NCBI GenBank assembly: GCA_031835245.2
Contig: JAVKOQ020000037.1
Coordinates: 1 to 64,000 of the forward strand
DNA length: 64,000 nt
Direction of reading: 5' to 3'
Origin: Balamuthia mandrillaris
Taxonomy: Eukaryota
Position numbers and translations under genes: made by a program. A model generated the notes under the pieces. The model was not told where the DNA came from. It worked only from the letters and a program-made list of their open reading frames with translations, and made no database searches. Of the stretch, positions 11,901 to 27,189 are shown in pieces; position 1 is the first letter of the stretch; each line of letters opens with the position of its first letter.

Positions 11901-14900
11901 CGTAACGGACTCGACCTCCTTTTGCTTCCCAACGTCTCCTAGCATCTCTTGCACCAATATGTCCACGATTAAAGTTAGGCTGTCGTCAAGATCTCCAGTA
12001 TGAATAGCTATTTTGCCATGCCCTTTGTCACCCACTTCTTTGTTCCCCCCATCTTCACTGCTGCCACTTGTGGTTGGTTGTTCGCCTTCCATAGCACCCG
12101 CACTTGGAGGTTCATCACCATTGGCGGGCATGTGGTGTTGTAGCATATGGACCAGCAAATAATGGACGGTGTAGCCAAGCACATGCAACTCGAAACCCCT
12201 TCGAAGAGTACCTTGTAGCTGCTGGATAATGAACAGAAAATAGGTTGGACCCAAAATATTGCAGATGTGCTTCAGAGTCGCGCGTGTATTGTCACGTTCA
12301 CTCTCCAACCTATTTTTCATGTTGTTGCAGACCTCTGCAATAGAGTTTGTGTCAGTTATGGTAGCCTAAAACAAATTACAAAAACAAAACACTATAAAAA
12401 CAAGAGCAAAACAAAAACAACACATCACACTGAAGAGCTTAACTGAAGAGGACAGAAGGCAATTGAGTTGGTATCAATTTAGGAAATATCTTTAAAATTT
12501 TCACGATAGCGATAGCCAGTGGATGCCGCAAAACCATCCCTTCTTCCTCTGTTCGTCTATTTTCCAAGTACTTGTATAGTTCAGGAAGAACCTTGTCTCT
12601 AAATGTTTGATCTATCTGTAGAAAGAGTAAGAAGAAATACGGTTGGCAATATTCTAAACATGTAACAATGTACCTTTTTGAACTGTTGCTCGCTCGCTTC
12701 GGTTTCTGGGTTCGTAGACTGTTGAGGCAGGTTCGCAGCTATAGATTTTTCCTCTTCTGTGTCTACACTCATACTCTCTTCTGCTCGAAGATTCGGTGAT
12801 GCGAAGTGAAAGTAATCAATAATGCTGCAAAGGGCTTTGAGAAGAGGCTTCTCAATTTCTGTTCTTCTTGGCAGTTGCCGCATAACCTTGCAAAAGACGG
12901 AATAGTACCCGCCCCAAGCAAGTTGGCCAACTAAAGATCCCAGAGCACGAGCAGCTTCGTCCGTTATGTTGTTGTCTAACACATCACCCTCGTAGATTAA
13001 CCGCATTACAAGCGGGACAAGAATGTACTGAATCGTGTTTTTTGTGAAGCATCCCTCTTGGGAAGCAGCCCTCAGTTGCTGCAGTGCCTTGATTTGTTTG
13101 TGGACTTGGATGTGGCATATGTTCTTGAAGAAATTCTCGGGGTCCCCATTGATGCAGTCTAGGTCAGAATAGAAATCGAAACCAGTACTTTTGCTGCAAC
13201 TGATTACCACAGAAAAAAGTAATAAAAACTCCTAAATGCAAAATAAATACAAAAACTGGTTAGTTGATCATGAAAATGCGCATATTCATAGCCTCTCCTG
13301 GGTATACCCCGAGCTCCTTTTGTCAGCGCTACGTATGTTGTCTGCTTTCTTCTCTCTCTCTCTCTCTTTCCAAAGCTACTTCAGTCATACCTTTCTAGTA
13401 TGGGGCTGGGAGCTCTTTATGAAGGTTTTGATGAAGGGAATAAGTGCTGCGACAATTTGTCGGTGAAGCACAGGATTGTTGGAAGCAGTATGCTGCACTA
13501 GCTGGCTGGCGGAATAAGATGCTGTCGTTCGGATAGCCATATCAGAGTCTTGCATAAAGAACACGCAATTGTGTACCGCTAAAAGCGCATCCCACTCCCC
13601 AAAGGTGGGACTTTTAAGGAGTTGGTCGTTGATCACAGCAAATGCGTTTATCCTCTTGTCGTAATCATAGGTATCCAAGGCCGTAGTGCTGTAGGTATTG
13701 AGGTCCGCAACAGCTGCTACCATCTCCTTTAGCTCAGGCAAATAGGTAGCAAGCTCATGGAAGAGGAGACACAATTCTTCTCTTGGGTGTTGGCCTGTAG
13801 TCGTGGAAAACAGGGCAGCCAGTGGTGGTATATACTTGCCCAGCGAAGTAATTTGCTGCATGCCGTGCCTGAAGATAGTAAGTATGCCGCTCCGAAGCTC
13901 TGGGGCGATGGCTCGCTTCCCTTTATATTGAGCAAGTTGTGGAAGAAGCACATCTACCAATTGTTGCGTTTGACTCGGATCAGTAATGAGAGGACCCAGA
14001 TTCGAAAGAAACCGAAGCTTCCTCGCGAAGAGTGGATCGGTGTTGACACTATCTGGCCGAAGGCCAATGCTCGTCAGCACGTGGGATAGGTGCGGGGACA
14101 GCAAATCCATGCCGTCACCATTGGAAGAATAAGCAGCGGAAGCGGGAGTAGAAGGCGTGCTAGATAAGGCGAAGGTTAACAGATTCTGCAAAAGGTCCAT
14201 AACCAGCAACGTGGTCTCTGAACAAGTATTGGGTTGAGCAAAACAAGAAACAATTTGATGGATGGCACGAGGCTGATGTTCCAGAATGTAGAGCAGTTCA
14301 GGATGGCAAGTAGTAGCAAAGAGGCAGCGAAGAAGAGGGGACGGATGTTGGATGGATTTGTTGGGGAGAGCCTCCAATTCGGCATTCATCGTGGAGAAGA
14401 AGAAAGGCAAAAAGGGTCTAAAGTCGAAGGAAGGATAAACATCTAACATCTCGCCTAGCCTGCGTAAAGCCTCCTTTTCAATCTCAGGTCGGTCTTGCGT
14501 GATAGCTGCTTTTATGACGACCAGCAGCAAGGAGAGAATGATTGAAAGGTAGGGTTGGACTCGAGCGCCCAGCTTGGAAAAAACTTCATGCAGCAGCCTC
14601 AGAAAGCCAGTTTGCTTGGAGATAGAAATTCGATTTAGCTCCGCAGCCGCATTGAACACCGATTCTTCCAACTGATCTGACTTGACGCCTTGTTGCACAA
14701 GTCTTTTAACAAGAGCTTCGTCTGCTACCTCGGTCCCTGGACCTGAGCCAGCCTTGTTACAGAAAAGGCTCAGGATATGGGCAAATGGCTTTGTAATCAG
14801 TGCCATAAACGCAAGTAGCTCATCTTGCTCCAGCCCAGCCAAGTAAGCCATTATCGTAGCTCGCCGAGCAGCTGGTGAGTTCTTTGCGCTGCGCCCACGT

Positions 14901-17900
14901 CTCGTGATGAGTTTCCCGTAGAGTATCTTTATCAACACAGGAATAAGCTTCGCTCTGTGTTGGTCAGCGATGAAACCTTTCTCGCGGTCTACTGGGAATG
15001 TGGTTAGCTCCTGGCGGAAGGTATGTTCTGCGATAAGACGTTCAAGATGTTCCTTGTAGGAGATCAGGTAGTCGTGTTTCCACGTCAGCAAGCAGGCCAA
15101 TGCTAACTTTTGAATTTCTGATTGTCCTTTGTATAACAGTCTGAAAAGCGACGAAGTTAGACAGAGAATACGCTTCATGCAAAATACAAGGAGAAGGCAA
15201 GGTCGCAGAAAACCTCAATCACAAACAAACAAACAAACAAACAAACAAACAAACAAACAAACAAACAAACAAACAAACAAACAAACAAAACAAACAAAAG
15301 AATGCATGGTGTAAAGAATCTAAACCTGATGAAAATCGCATGCAGCTGTAGAGCAGCAAACATTGATTTTGGGTTGTTAATACGTGAGAAGAATTGAAGG
15401 TAGCGGAGTAGCAGAGTATTATTGGCCTTTTTTTGCGCTTTGCTTGGATGATAGTTCGTACGTATCTCCTGATCTACACCTTCGCTTGGAATTGGAAGGT
15501 CAACAACCAGAGATGTGTATTCTCGTGACATAAAGCCCAGGAAAAGTGGCACAAAGTCCCGTGAGCGCGGTTCTGCAATCGGCGCAATAGAGGCCATAAC
15601 GTCCCATAACAGGCAATGGTAGGTTACCTGTTCGGTGCTGCGCACTTGGTGGTGCAATTGTTGTGCGAACCAATCCACAGCACGTAAGAAAGTTTCGGAG
15701 CAGCTCTCTTCTTGCATTGGGGAAGGGTGTTGCTCTGCATTCTCAGTCACAAGGGTGGAACAGTGTGCTCCACGAAGTTTGCCCAAAAAGACAGGCCAAA
15801 AAGATAGAAAGTCGATCTCAGCACATTCCTTCAGACGTTCTTTGGTCGGTCCCCATAGTGCACTGAACTTAACATGCAAACGACCTTTAAGGAGTAATCA
15901 GCGTTGAATTTCCTTGCACTTGAGTAGGTGAGAGAGAGAGGTACCAAGTAGAAAATGCAAAATTAGGGGCTTAATCTGCCTGGAAACTTGCCCTTTGACC
16001 ACTAGACCCGTGATGACTGTTGTAAGGCGAATGATCCTTCTTTCTGTCGATATATTGGCTTCAGTCGTCTCGATTGTTCGCATAAGATCCAAAATCTGAT
16101 TCAGGGAGAGAAGCAAAAGAAACAATAAGAATACCGAGCAAATTGTAAGCTTTAAACATAGAGCAAGAGTAGCTTACGTTAGTACTGTCCTCAGCGAGTA
16201 TGGAGCTCGGGGCACGAAAGGCTGACAGTATTCCCGCTGTAGCTGAACGGACATCACCATCGTTAGAGGAAAGACCTCGTTCTAGGTAAGGAATAAGTTC
16301 CAGCAGCTTCTCTTCCGAAAATAATTTTGAGATAGAGGAGGCTTTAATGCTGAAGCATCAGAGAATGGTGAAAGTGCTTAGCAACGGAGACTACCAAACG
16401 AAGACGAGCCTCTACTAACCTTGAGGAAGTGAACTCGGATAGTAGGCTGTGGGTTGATCGCAGAAGGTGAGGGGCTTGTGGAAAATACTTCAGCAAGGAC
16501 AATGTTTTGGTTATAACTGCGATAGTTTCCTCGTAGGACTTGGGAGGTCCCTGCAACAGACAGTGCAAGTAGGCCCGTAGGCATTGGCTTACTAAGAATA
16601 GATCAACCTGCTGCTGTTGATCTTTAACGTCATCTACTCGGTCATCTTCCATATGGAAATCTTCCTTAAGCTTTGACTTGCCAAGCAGGGTATCAAAAAC
16701 CTTGAGTATGCTAGAGCGCAGCTCCTCGAGAAAGGCAGGGGTTTGCATGATGTCCAGCGAGCTGACAGCAGCCAAGGCCAGAGAAAGCAGAACTTTTTCG
16801 TGATACAACCCCTAAAATGAGTATCACATTGAACTTGGTAATGAGTGATTGATCAAAGAAGCTTTACCATTTCTACGGCGGAATATTCCGCCACGGTCTC
16901 GTTCGCTAAAGTCGGCAATGTTTGAGAGTATCATCGAAGTAACTCCCTGTGCTTGAGCAGAGAAGCGGAGAGTCTCTTTGGAAAGGCTAGGAGAGGCTTG
17001 CAGATCCACTAAAAACATCAATACCTCCATAAGCGTGTCTTCGTAGCTCATTTTACTGTTACTTCTAAGACAGGTATCGCAGTAGCTGATTATTTTAACA
17101 AGCGCAACGCAAGTTGAAGTTAGCAGTCGAAAATAGAGTTTTAACCAAGGGACCGTACTTGGGAATGAACGGAAGAAAATGGCTGCTAAAGACAGGCTCC
17201 TCTTTCATACAATGACAAAATTGAAAGACGGACCGGCAATCCTCTGTTCTCATTATTGCGTTGCGTATTTGTGCCACCAAGGAGGTCCAGCGTCGGGTGG
17301 AACCTTGCGTCCAGTTCAGCGAAGAATTGCTGCTGCCATCCCCAAAAGCTGACAGGAGTGAAGCGAAAAGCTCAAGCGTCTGTGTCCATGGCTGACGCAC
17401 GAGTTGGTCATTGCCTGCATCCGGGGACCACCAACCAGCCCTCTCTCCGTTCAGTTGGTTGCACACCAATTCCAAGCAATCAAACAGCATCTTTAAAGGA
17501 GGTTCTTTGCCTGATCCTTCGGCAGAGCTGTCATAAAAGATGGTTTTGGCTCTACCCACTGATAAGCAGGAGGCCATTATGGACAGCATCTGCCCAACCC
17601 TCAGGCCTTGAGCAAACGCGCCAGAGTCAGGCTGTTCAAAGAGAGCAGCGAGGTAGCTGAAGAGAGCTTCCCACAAAGGATGGCAGTACTGCGGCTTTGT
17701 CTCTGCACAAATAAGCTTGAATGCATCTTCTATCACTTTGATTTTTTTTTCTGTTGTTATTATGGATGACAGGTATTGTGTGTGAGAAATAACACGCGAT
17801 AATGGCAACCATTGGAAATAGCGTACTCGCAGCTGTCTCACATGTTGCCTCGGCAAGCAAGGAAGAGAAGAAGATGCCAGAGCGAGAGTGAAGTCGGCCT

Positions 17901-19010
17901 TTAACTCCCTTTCATTTTTAAAAGAAAATAAATCAGGAAACGAATCGTGAGCGAAATAGACGCAACACAGTGCTGTTAGACAGTACCTTTACAGTTTCCA
18001 AAAACACATGTGCTATTCCATCACAAAATGCATCGTTGGATGAATCTGTAATAGAAGTCAAAATCACCCGAATCAGTTCCTTCCGCTGTACTCCCTCCAC
18101 TTTTCTCAACAAAAATGCAAAGCCTTCAGCAGCGAAATGCCTAAGAAACGCTTTGCTGTGAGCCAATAAAGGCTCATAATAACTGCATTGGTTGGCGGAG
18201 GAGTCAGTAAGGTTGTGGGAAAAGAAAGGAAGGAGGAAGGAGGAAGAAGCAAAGAAAAGAAAGAAAACAACAAGCAAGAAGAACAAGGAGACGAAGGAAA
18301 GAGGCATATGTAGGAAAAAAAACATAAAACTTCACGTACATAAATACTTGGGATAGATCTTGAAGGAGTTGCCTCTGTAGGAACTTGAGCAGATATCCCA
18401 ATGTTGCAAAAATGTCTTCCACCAGCTCCGGGTCGCTAGGGTTTAACAGTTTAGTGGCTGCATGCAATACATCCTTGTAGAAAGGCACAAAGTGTTGTCT
18501 AAGATCGCGAGCCAATGTAGCTGTGAGCCTGTGCAAGGGAAAGTTTAGGAACACACTGCCCTCATATTTAAAACAAGGAATGAAAAGAGGAACGGTAGGT
18601 AACTGTAGTAGGGCTTTGCGGGCTGTAGAGTCTCTCACTGACAGATGAGCAAGAAGAATGGACATGATTCTGTCCTTATTGTAAAGGATTTGGGGGAGGC
18701 TCTGAATAAGGGGATTAATTTCTTGCACAAAGGCGGTGAAATGAGAGGTATAGTTAAGTTCCTCCCACTCGAGCAATTGTTGCCGGAAAAAAGAGTCTGC
18801 TTGTTGTGGAGCCAACTCTACCGGCTCTACTTTGTGAAAGACGTCCACATCGATGTGCTTTATGCGCTCTGTGAAGCTTTGAAACTAGCAAAGTGGGGGT
18901 TAGCGGCTCCGCGGGACGAAAAGAGAAAGGCCCGCAACGGAACAAACCTTGAAGCGCTTGCCGGTCGCTGCAGTGTCGGCTAGTTCTTTCACGTTGTACT
19001 TGGTGTTCAT
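8901..19010 (-). CDS. UTP20: U3 snoRNA-associated protein 20 (UTP20/DRIM), multi-exon HEAT-repeat protein
   Basis: N-terminus ...GKRFK|FQSFTERIKHIDVDV...WEELNYTSHF...IQSLPQILYNKDRI. Internal LRRGFELHVLGYTVH, FLLHYPLG, LSFVHETGR and HLWIRLAAARLFGLYF. C-terminal basic tail RKRKRALLSLLNPEAAAQKR. Confidence 0.93.
15221..15298. repeat. (CAAA)n microsatellite in a UTP20 intron
   Basis: Tandem repeat read directly from the sequence. Confidence 0.95.
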
Positions 19011-19810
19011 GCTGGTGTATATCGCCCTTGTGCTTGCTTGCCAGGTGTCGGAATGGCCAGTTCCGGGGGGGGTCTGGCAGCAAACTCTCCTCTTTCTTTT
19101 CTTTTCCTAGAGCCTAGACTCCTCCTGCTGCTGCTCCTCCTCTGTCGCCGTTTTCTTTCTTTTTCTTTCTCCTTTTTTTCTTTTTTTTTTTGTTGTTTTC
19201 CTTTTCATGCACCATGATGACCCTCATACGGGAAGCCATCATCATCACAAAAGCCCCTTTGCCTTTCCCCCTCCCCCCCACCCCCCAATTGCTTTGATCG
19301 GTTACTGAAAGTTTCAAACCACCAATCAAAAATCAAAACAGAGGCTTTATCTTACCATAAAAAGGCCATTTCTGTTGTCTTTTTCTTTGTCTCATCTCTA
19401 GCAGAGATCTTTCACGTCGACAAAAATTCATTGCTCCGCTTTACCCCCCCAGCAGCAGCAACAAAACGAAAGGAAAGGAAAGGAACGAAGCAAAGAAAAG
19501 AAAGTAGCGGTCCCCCCACCCACCCACCCAACTAAGCAACCAACACCTAGAGAGCATTCGTAAGCTGCTGCAGAGGGTGGTGGTTATTAGCAGCTCAAAC
19601 AGGTGCCACTGTTTTCCTCCGTTCCTCCTCTCCTTCTTCTTCTTCCTCACCTCATACGGTTGGTGGTACCAAACAGCACCAACAAGCAAAAAAGAGTGCA
19701 CATTGAACAATCAAGGAGAGAGCCTCCACTCCAAACACCTTTGCTGCTCCACGCGTGGTAGCTCCTGTTGATTTCCACATTCTTCCCGCTCACTGCTCAA
19801 GCAGACTTAC

Positions 19811-22800
19811 ATGTGGAGCACCAATTCTCAAAATCAGTCCTCCAATACCTCCACTAACAAGAAAAGAGCCAACAAGCAACAAGCCAAGCCCTGCCCTCCG
19901 AAAAAAGGGAGGAGTACCAGATCCTCAGCCACTTCTTCAGAGAGCGACAACACCACCCGCAAAAAGAAACGCGCCAAGGCTACCACTAGCCACACACCAA
20001 CTGCTAGTTCTGCACCGGCTACAAAGACAAGGTAACACCACCATAAGACTTTGTTTTTCTCTCCTCTCCCTCTCCCTCCTTTTAGAGTTTTTTTCCTTCC
20101 CTCCTGCCCTAATATATTTGTTGCTTTTTTTCTGAGCAGGAAACGAAAAGCCCCGGAACAGGAACCCAAGGACACTACTCACCAAAAGGCGAAAGCTCCC
20201 GCCTCCTCTGTTGAGGTGTCGGCCTCTCCGAAACTAGAAGACAGAGAAAAGCACCTTAGTGGTAATAGGAGGAAGATACAAACAAAGAAAAACAAAACCG
20301 CAAGGTACTCTTCCACACCTGCTTATTCTTTCCTCAATGCAACCCCACATGCACGCACTTGCACACGCATCGCAAAAATCTGATGCTAATCTCGTTCTCC
20401 TCGTAATGTTCTTCCACATGTTTTTTGTATCTCTCGTCCCAACAGCAACTCTACCACAACCCGAAGAACGAACAAGCCGTCTATTTTTTCTTCAAGTAAC
20501 GAAATGTCTTCGCCAAGGTACGTTGTTGCTTCCTCTGGGTTCATCTTGATCTTGTTTTACTCATGAATCGTCCAAAAAATAATTAAATAAATAAAGCAAG
20601 AAGAGTGTGGAGGAAAAGGAAACGCAGGGTACTTCTGCCGAAGAGGCAAGTGAAGTCACGCCTGCTCAAACAGAAAGTCTCGATACCAACACCCACGTAT
20701 CCGCGCCAAGCGAGGACGCGGAAAGGCCCCAAGCCACAACTCTTCGAGCAAGTAGAGAAGGGTGGGGTGGAGGTTATCACCCTTTCTCAGGAGCTGGTGA
20801 GTACTTTTCCTTTCGGTCTCTGTGCCTCCCTCTGTTTCTCTGCCCTTCTCTGTTCGTTCTCTCTCTCTCTCTCTCGCTCGCTCGCTAGTTCTGAAGTCAA
20901 GGCTTAATGGTGTAGGACGTGGCCGTTTCTCTGAGTTACTGGAAACATTGCAGTCGGATGAAGAATCCCAACAGTTAAGTGCAATAATGGAGCTGTCTGA
21001 TATCCTATCCATGGGAACAGAGGAATCTTTGGGTGGCTTTAGTGTAGAACAATTCGTACCTATTTTCATGAATTTACTCAACATGGAGCATAACCCAAAC
21101 ATTCTCTGTACGTATTGTTTTGAAAGCTTTCTACACAGAGCATTTTATTTCTCATCGAGACGTTTTCTTTCTCAGTGTTGTCGGCCCGCGCCATTTCAAA
21201 TTTGTTAGAAGCTCTTCCTGGCGCTGGTGCCTCCCTAGTTAGAGGTGGAATTGTTCCTATTCTTTGTGCGAAGTTATTGTGCTTCGATTACATTGACCTT
21301 GCAGAACAATGCCTATTGGTATGGTCAATGTGGTGACTGCTGTTTTGTTTTGTTTTTTTAATTATGGCTGTTTTTGTTTGTTTCAACGCTAATTATTGTT
21401 TAGGTTTTGGAGAAACTTTCCTGGGAGCACCCCACAGCTCTTCTCAAGGCGGGCGCAATGGCTTCTGTGCTTTCGTTCCTCGATTTTTTCCCATCGGGCA
21501 TTCAGCGCAAAGCGGTATCCACTGCTGCTAATATTTGCCGCCACATACCCGAGGAATGCTTCGATATGGTGTTAGACACCTTGCCAGTTCTTACCAATCT
21601 TTTGCAGTACACAGACTCCAAACGTAAGTCCTCTTCCAAACGCAATTCCTTTGATTTCGTGCCATTTTCTGGCGACGGAAACGTTAATGGGTGTTTCTCT
21701 TATGTCACAGTTGTGGAAAGTGCATGCCTTTGCTTTAGCAGGCTTACTGAAAGTTTCTACAGAGACGAAACCAAGCTTCAAATAATTTCTTCCAGTGGTC
21801 TTTTCCCTCATATAATTAAGCTACTTGGAGGACAGGGACCAGAGGGAGTGACGCTTGCCCCTTCCACAATACTGTTAATTGTGCGGATGTTAGCAACATT
21901 TTGTCGAAGCGCTCCTACACTTCTTCATACTTTGTTATCTGAAGGCCTGGTTCCAGTTCTACAAGGTGAGCTGAGCCAAGACCGCATCGAAAAGAAGAGC
22001 GTCACTACACCAAGCAAATCTCCACATACACCCATTATCGGTCAAGTGCCTCGCGAACTGCTTGCGGAGATACTTGGCTTAATTGACGCTATGCTTCCCC
22101 CATTGCCCTCAACAACAACTCCACCTTTTCTGCGTTCCTCTTCAAGCACAGTGTCTACTCCCCCTGCGCGTCGTCGTCTCCCTTATTCATCTAATAGTGG
22201 CGCTGAACCAGCGGTTCAACAACAGCCCCCTGAGGAAAGCACCTTCACTTTAAGCCCCAGCCCTGCTCAACAATCGAAAAATGAGGAAGAAGTGAAAGAC
22301 GATCAAGAACACAAGGGCAAGCAAACAGAGCCAAATAGCACCAGACAGCAATCCCAGGAGGAAATGAGCCCTGGCCCCAGCACTTCTGTAGAAGAAAAAC
22401 AAGTACTACATTCCCCCGTTTTGCTGCAGCAAACCTAGGTCAACTAATGTTACATTTACTACAAAGGATTTGGACCCAAGGGCTTCAATTTTTGCAGAGC
22501 ACCCAGAGTTGTTGGCTGACCTCCAAAACGTAATGTTCTATCCTTGTTTCATTTCTGTGAAAGTTATTATTTTTTTCCTGTGTCTCACATCTCAATAGCG
22601 GCTATTGAGTTTACTCGTGGGAGCATTCACAACAACGGTCAATAACACTGTGAGGTATAAGTGCTTGTCCTGCTTGAACAAAATATTGCACTACTCAACC
22701 TCGGATATGCTCAAACACTCATTGGAGGTAAGTTGAGGTTTGGCTTTCTTGCGCCTTTTTTTTTGCCAGCACTGACTTCGTTGTGTCACCTCTTCACAGA

Positions 22801-25800
22801 ATATTGCGTTTTCAAGCTTTATTGCTGCACTGCTATCCTCTGGCAACGATATCACCATCGTTAGGGCCTTGACAATGGCAGAATTATTAATGGAGAAACT
22901 ACCCGATATTTTTGCGATCTACTTCCGCAAAGAAGGCGTTGTCCATGTTGTTGAAAAAATATGCAATGACCCACAATCCCTAGCCTCAAGTCCATCCATT
23001 TCCAGCACCCTTACTAAACAAACGCCCGTCAAGCGAGAGGATGTAGAACGTTGGATAAGATTGCATGCACAGCAATTGTTGAGCAAGCACTTTGGTGGAG
23101 GAGATAGCGCCACTCAAATCACAGATGAACTTAAACAGATGCAAGACCTCCTTACCCAACTCAACGACTGTAAAAATTGTATTGACCCCACAACGAACCG
23201 TACTGTTCCCTCTCGCCTGTCTTTATTTTCTGCATTACTCACATAACTTTATTGATGATGCAGAAGAACGGATAGAGAAGGAACAAAGTGTGCTAAGTGA
23301 AATTGCAGATTTGATCAACAAACTTTCTACTTTTGAAATCCAAGGGAGCCAGCTCATCCCAACACTCTTGGAGTATCTTTGCATTGGCGGAGATGAACCT
23401 AAGCAGAGTCTAAGAGAGTTGCGTGCCCAAGTGTTTGCTTCTGTCTTTTTACAAGCGCCTTCCCGTTTTGTCCAAGAACAAGAAGCCACAGTTGAGCCAC
23501 CTCTCTTGAGCTTGGTTAGGCAGCTTCAATCCGTATTAAACAAAGAGGAGGCGCTAAACGTTGCTGTATATGATGTTGGAAATCCTGCGGCCTCTTTAAA
23601 ACTGCTGGCCCAACCCATTAAACTGCGGCTAAAACGCGGTAACTGTTAGCCTCCTATTTTCCGTACGTGCATCTTGCGTTCTAGTCTCAAACGATTTCCT
23701 TTGAAACAGATGATGGAAAGACGGACATTTTAAGCGAGTTATTTGCAATGCTCCTCATAGAACCTTTGGCAACTGTTCAAGATATTATGAAGTTTATTTG
23801 GCAACAACTTGGTCGCAGTAGAACCCCCCCAAAGCCACGCGAAACCCGCAAAGGTGCTGGCCAACAAGCTCGCACTACTAGCAGGTAAGTCACCATCCGC
23901 AATGCATTGTTGTATTTGCTAACAAAGAACACTACGCAGCAACTCAACCAACGAGGTCGGGACTGCCTCTACCTCCGGGGAATTGGAGACTAACGCCTCA
24001 ACGCCAAAAGTAGAGGAGTTTAAAATGCAAGAGGAAGAGAAATCCGCTTCGAGGCAACAGAGTAAGATGGAATTGCTGCGAGTCTTCAAGCAAATGAAAA
24101 AGGCGCAAGCTTCATCCTCATCTGGAGGTGAAAACAACATGGACGCTGTCACTGAAGAGTCTCCGGAAGAGGAAGTGGAAGAGGAAGAATGTGAAGAAGG
24201 AGAAGACGATCACAACCATGATCACGATGAAGACGAAGATGACCGATCCTATTCCAATTCTGAGGAAGAGGAGGAAGAGGAACAGTATATTTCAGAGCTG
24301 GATGATGAGAGTCACGAAATGGCCATTCATCCTGAAGAGTTAGAGCTTGCGGGCAATCAGGAAGAAGATCGTCCCTCTGACGCTATTCCCACCGACGAAG
24401 GAAGCGAAGCTATGACAATTGAGACTGAAGGAGAGCAAAGGAAAACAAAAAAACAAAGTGATCGCACTAAAGAGAAGAAAGGGAAAGAAAAGAAGGGTTC
24501 GAAAGGCAAGGCGCGTGTCAGCAAAAATGAGCAGGAGAAAGTCACCCTTCCAACCTCGCAAACGCACAGCTTGCGCCTTTATTTGAACGGTGTTGAATTA
24601 TTTCCTTCAGAAACCGTGTTTCAGGCTATGCTCAAGGGAACTCATCGTAAACTTCCCCTCCTCTCTTCTTTCCTTTCTTTTTGGCTACCTGCCTCACCAA
24701 ACAAACACAATACCATGCCTTAAACTTAGAACTCTCTCTGGAACCGTCAGCCATACATTCCCTGTGGAGCACTGAATACCAAATAACTTACGCGATTGAA
24801 GAAAAAACTGTTGCGGCCAAAGCTGAATCGACTCCGTCGGAGACCCAGCCCCATTCCGAAAGCATGGCCGTTACACAAAGCATCTATCCTTCCCCAGAAG
24901 GTGGCAGCCCCTGGCGAAAACCCCTTCTGGGTGATTATTATAATATTCCCTACAAGCTTAAAGGCGCTCAACTTTCTCGGGAGGTCTTGGAAGTCCTCAG
25001 CCTGCTACGGTTCTTAGATGGACTAAACCGGTTGTGGTGCCTTCTTCCCGAAAATGTGCGTGTATCTCCATTCTCTAAGGCTCAACTTTCCAACACTAAC
25101 TGAGCCTACATAGAGTTTTTTGCGCGGCCCCATCATCAGCCCTTTGGAGTTTGTGAGTACTAAGATAACGGCAAAGTTAGCTCGCCAATTGCAAGATCCG
25201 ATCGTCGTATGCAGTGGGGCTTTTCCTGAGTGGTGTGAGCTGCTCACTTCAATTTGTCCTTTCCTTTTTCCCTTCGAAACTCGTCGCTTGTTAGTTACCT
25301 GTACTTCCTTCGGTATTGCTCGTGCGCTAAAGAGTGTACATATTCGTATTCATGGGCAAGAACTTCAAATCGGCCGGATTGAACGCAGGAAGGTAATATT
25401 CAATTCTTATCTCTTCCTCTGTATTTATTGCGTTGTATTCATTTTGGTTCTTTCTGTTGGGCCAGGTTCGCATCTCTCGTGAAAAAATTTTGGAGTCCGC
25501 AAAAAAGGTTATGGAATTTTATGCTCACAACAAAGCTATTTTGGAAGTAGCCTACTTTAACGAAGTGGGCGTTGGATCGGTACGGCTGCTTCTCGCTCTG
25601 TCCTCTGTGTCTCCGTGTATTTGTGTTTCTGTCATAATCATTGGTTAACACAACCTCTTGGTGGCGGCTGCCTTACAGGGACCTACCCTGGAGTTTTTTA
25701 CCCTTGTATCGCATGAGCTCCAAAGGGAGGACCTAAATATGTGGCTGTCAGAAAGCAAGATTTCGAGCGCATCCATGGATGTTGAAGGAGAAACCCAAGG

Positions 25801-27189
25801 AACAGACAGAGACAAGAGTTATGTAATTAACCAAGGGGGCTTATTTCCAAAACCTTTACGGTAAGTCTCCTTCTTTGCATTACTACTTGTCCGTTTGCTG
25901 CATAGTTCTTACACACAAGAAATCATATTCTCGATAGATGCAATAGTGAACATCTCCCCCAAGTGAAGGAGTGGTACCATTTCCTTGGAAGATTTGTTGC
26001 CAAAGCGTTGTTGGATGATAGACAGCTTGATTTGCCATTCTCCAAACCCTTCTATAAGTTGATGTTGGGGCAACATCCAACTGTCTTTGATCTCAACCTC
26101 ATATTCCCTTCACTCGCTAAGTCAATGCACGCCTTTATCAAGCTTTGCAACCAGAAAAGGGCACTACAGCAGGACCTTACTTTGGTACGTCTGAGCTTTT
26201 CTATTTTCGCTTTTGTTTGGCTTATTCTTACCGACTATACCTGGTGCAGACCGAAGCAACGCGCTCAGCGCGTGTCGATAGTTTGCTTTTGGATGGGTGC
26301 AAAATTGAAGATCTCTGCATTGATTTCACTCTGCCTGGTTATCCTGAGTGGGAACTGAAGAGTGGAGGCAAGGACATCCTGCTGGATGTTCATAATATTG
26401 AAGAATATGTTGACCTCGTGCTCGGTGCCTTGTTTAGAGAAGGAATACAGGCTCAGTTTGAAGCATTTAAGCGTGGCTTTGACGAAGTATTTCCGTTAGA
26501 AAACCTAAAACCGCTTACAGTTGACGAGTTGGAAACCTTGGTCTGTGGAGCGGCTGACAATCCAGAATACTGGACGTTAGAAGGTAGGTCCTGCCTCTAA
26601 TTTTCCCTCTCTCTCCTCCTTTCCTCCGCTGACGCAAGTTTGCACTTGGCGCCTGCTTGTGCAACCTGTAGAACTTGCTGAGCACACTAGATGTGATCAT
26701 GGCTATGTCTCATCAAGGTACGACAATGTCTCCCCTTTAGGAAAGATTCTTTTTCTTAATTTTAATTTTTTTTGCATACAGTCGAGCGGTGCAGCAGCTC
26801 CTAGCATTTTTGAGTGAGTTGACGCCGAATCAGCGACGACAATTCCTACTATTTCTGACTGGTAGCCCTCGTTTGCCTGTCGGTGGTGCGTAGGGCCTAC
26901 AACTGGCCACCACTTCTCCTCTGCTGCCACTTGGTTGTGTGAGGTGCTAACTTTTGTTATGTCATTCCTTGGTCTGTCTGTATTAATGATAGGTTGGAAG
27001 AACCTAGAACCCAGATTTACCATCGTGCGTAAGGAGGTGAACAAGGGCCACTCTCCTGACGATCATCTGCCTTCTGTCATGACCTGTGTGAACTACCTGA
27101 AGCTACCAGACTATTCCACGGATGCCATTCTCCGTGCTAAACTACTCAAGGCCATTGCAGAGGGTGGCAACGAATTCCATTTGTCCTAG
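19811..27189 (+). CDS. TRIP12: HECT E3 ubiquitin ligase, TRIP12/Ufd4/UPL3 family (ARM repeats + HECT), multi-exon; start uncertain
   Basis: LSDILSMGTEESLGGF, YIDLAEQCL, LDFFPSGIQRKAVSTAANIC, KITAKLARQLQDP, CPFLFPFETR, GPTLEFFTLVS, FLTGSPRLPVGG, LPSVMTCVNYLKLPDYS (catalytic Cys) and a terminal FHLS*. Confidence 0.93.
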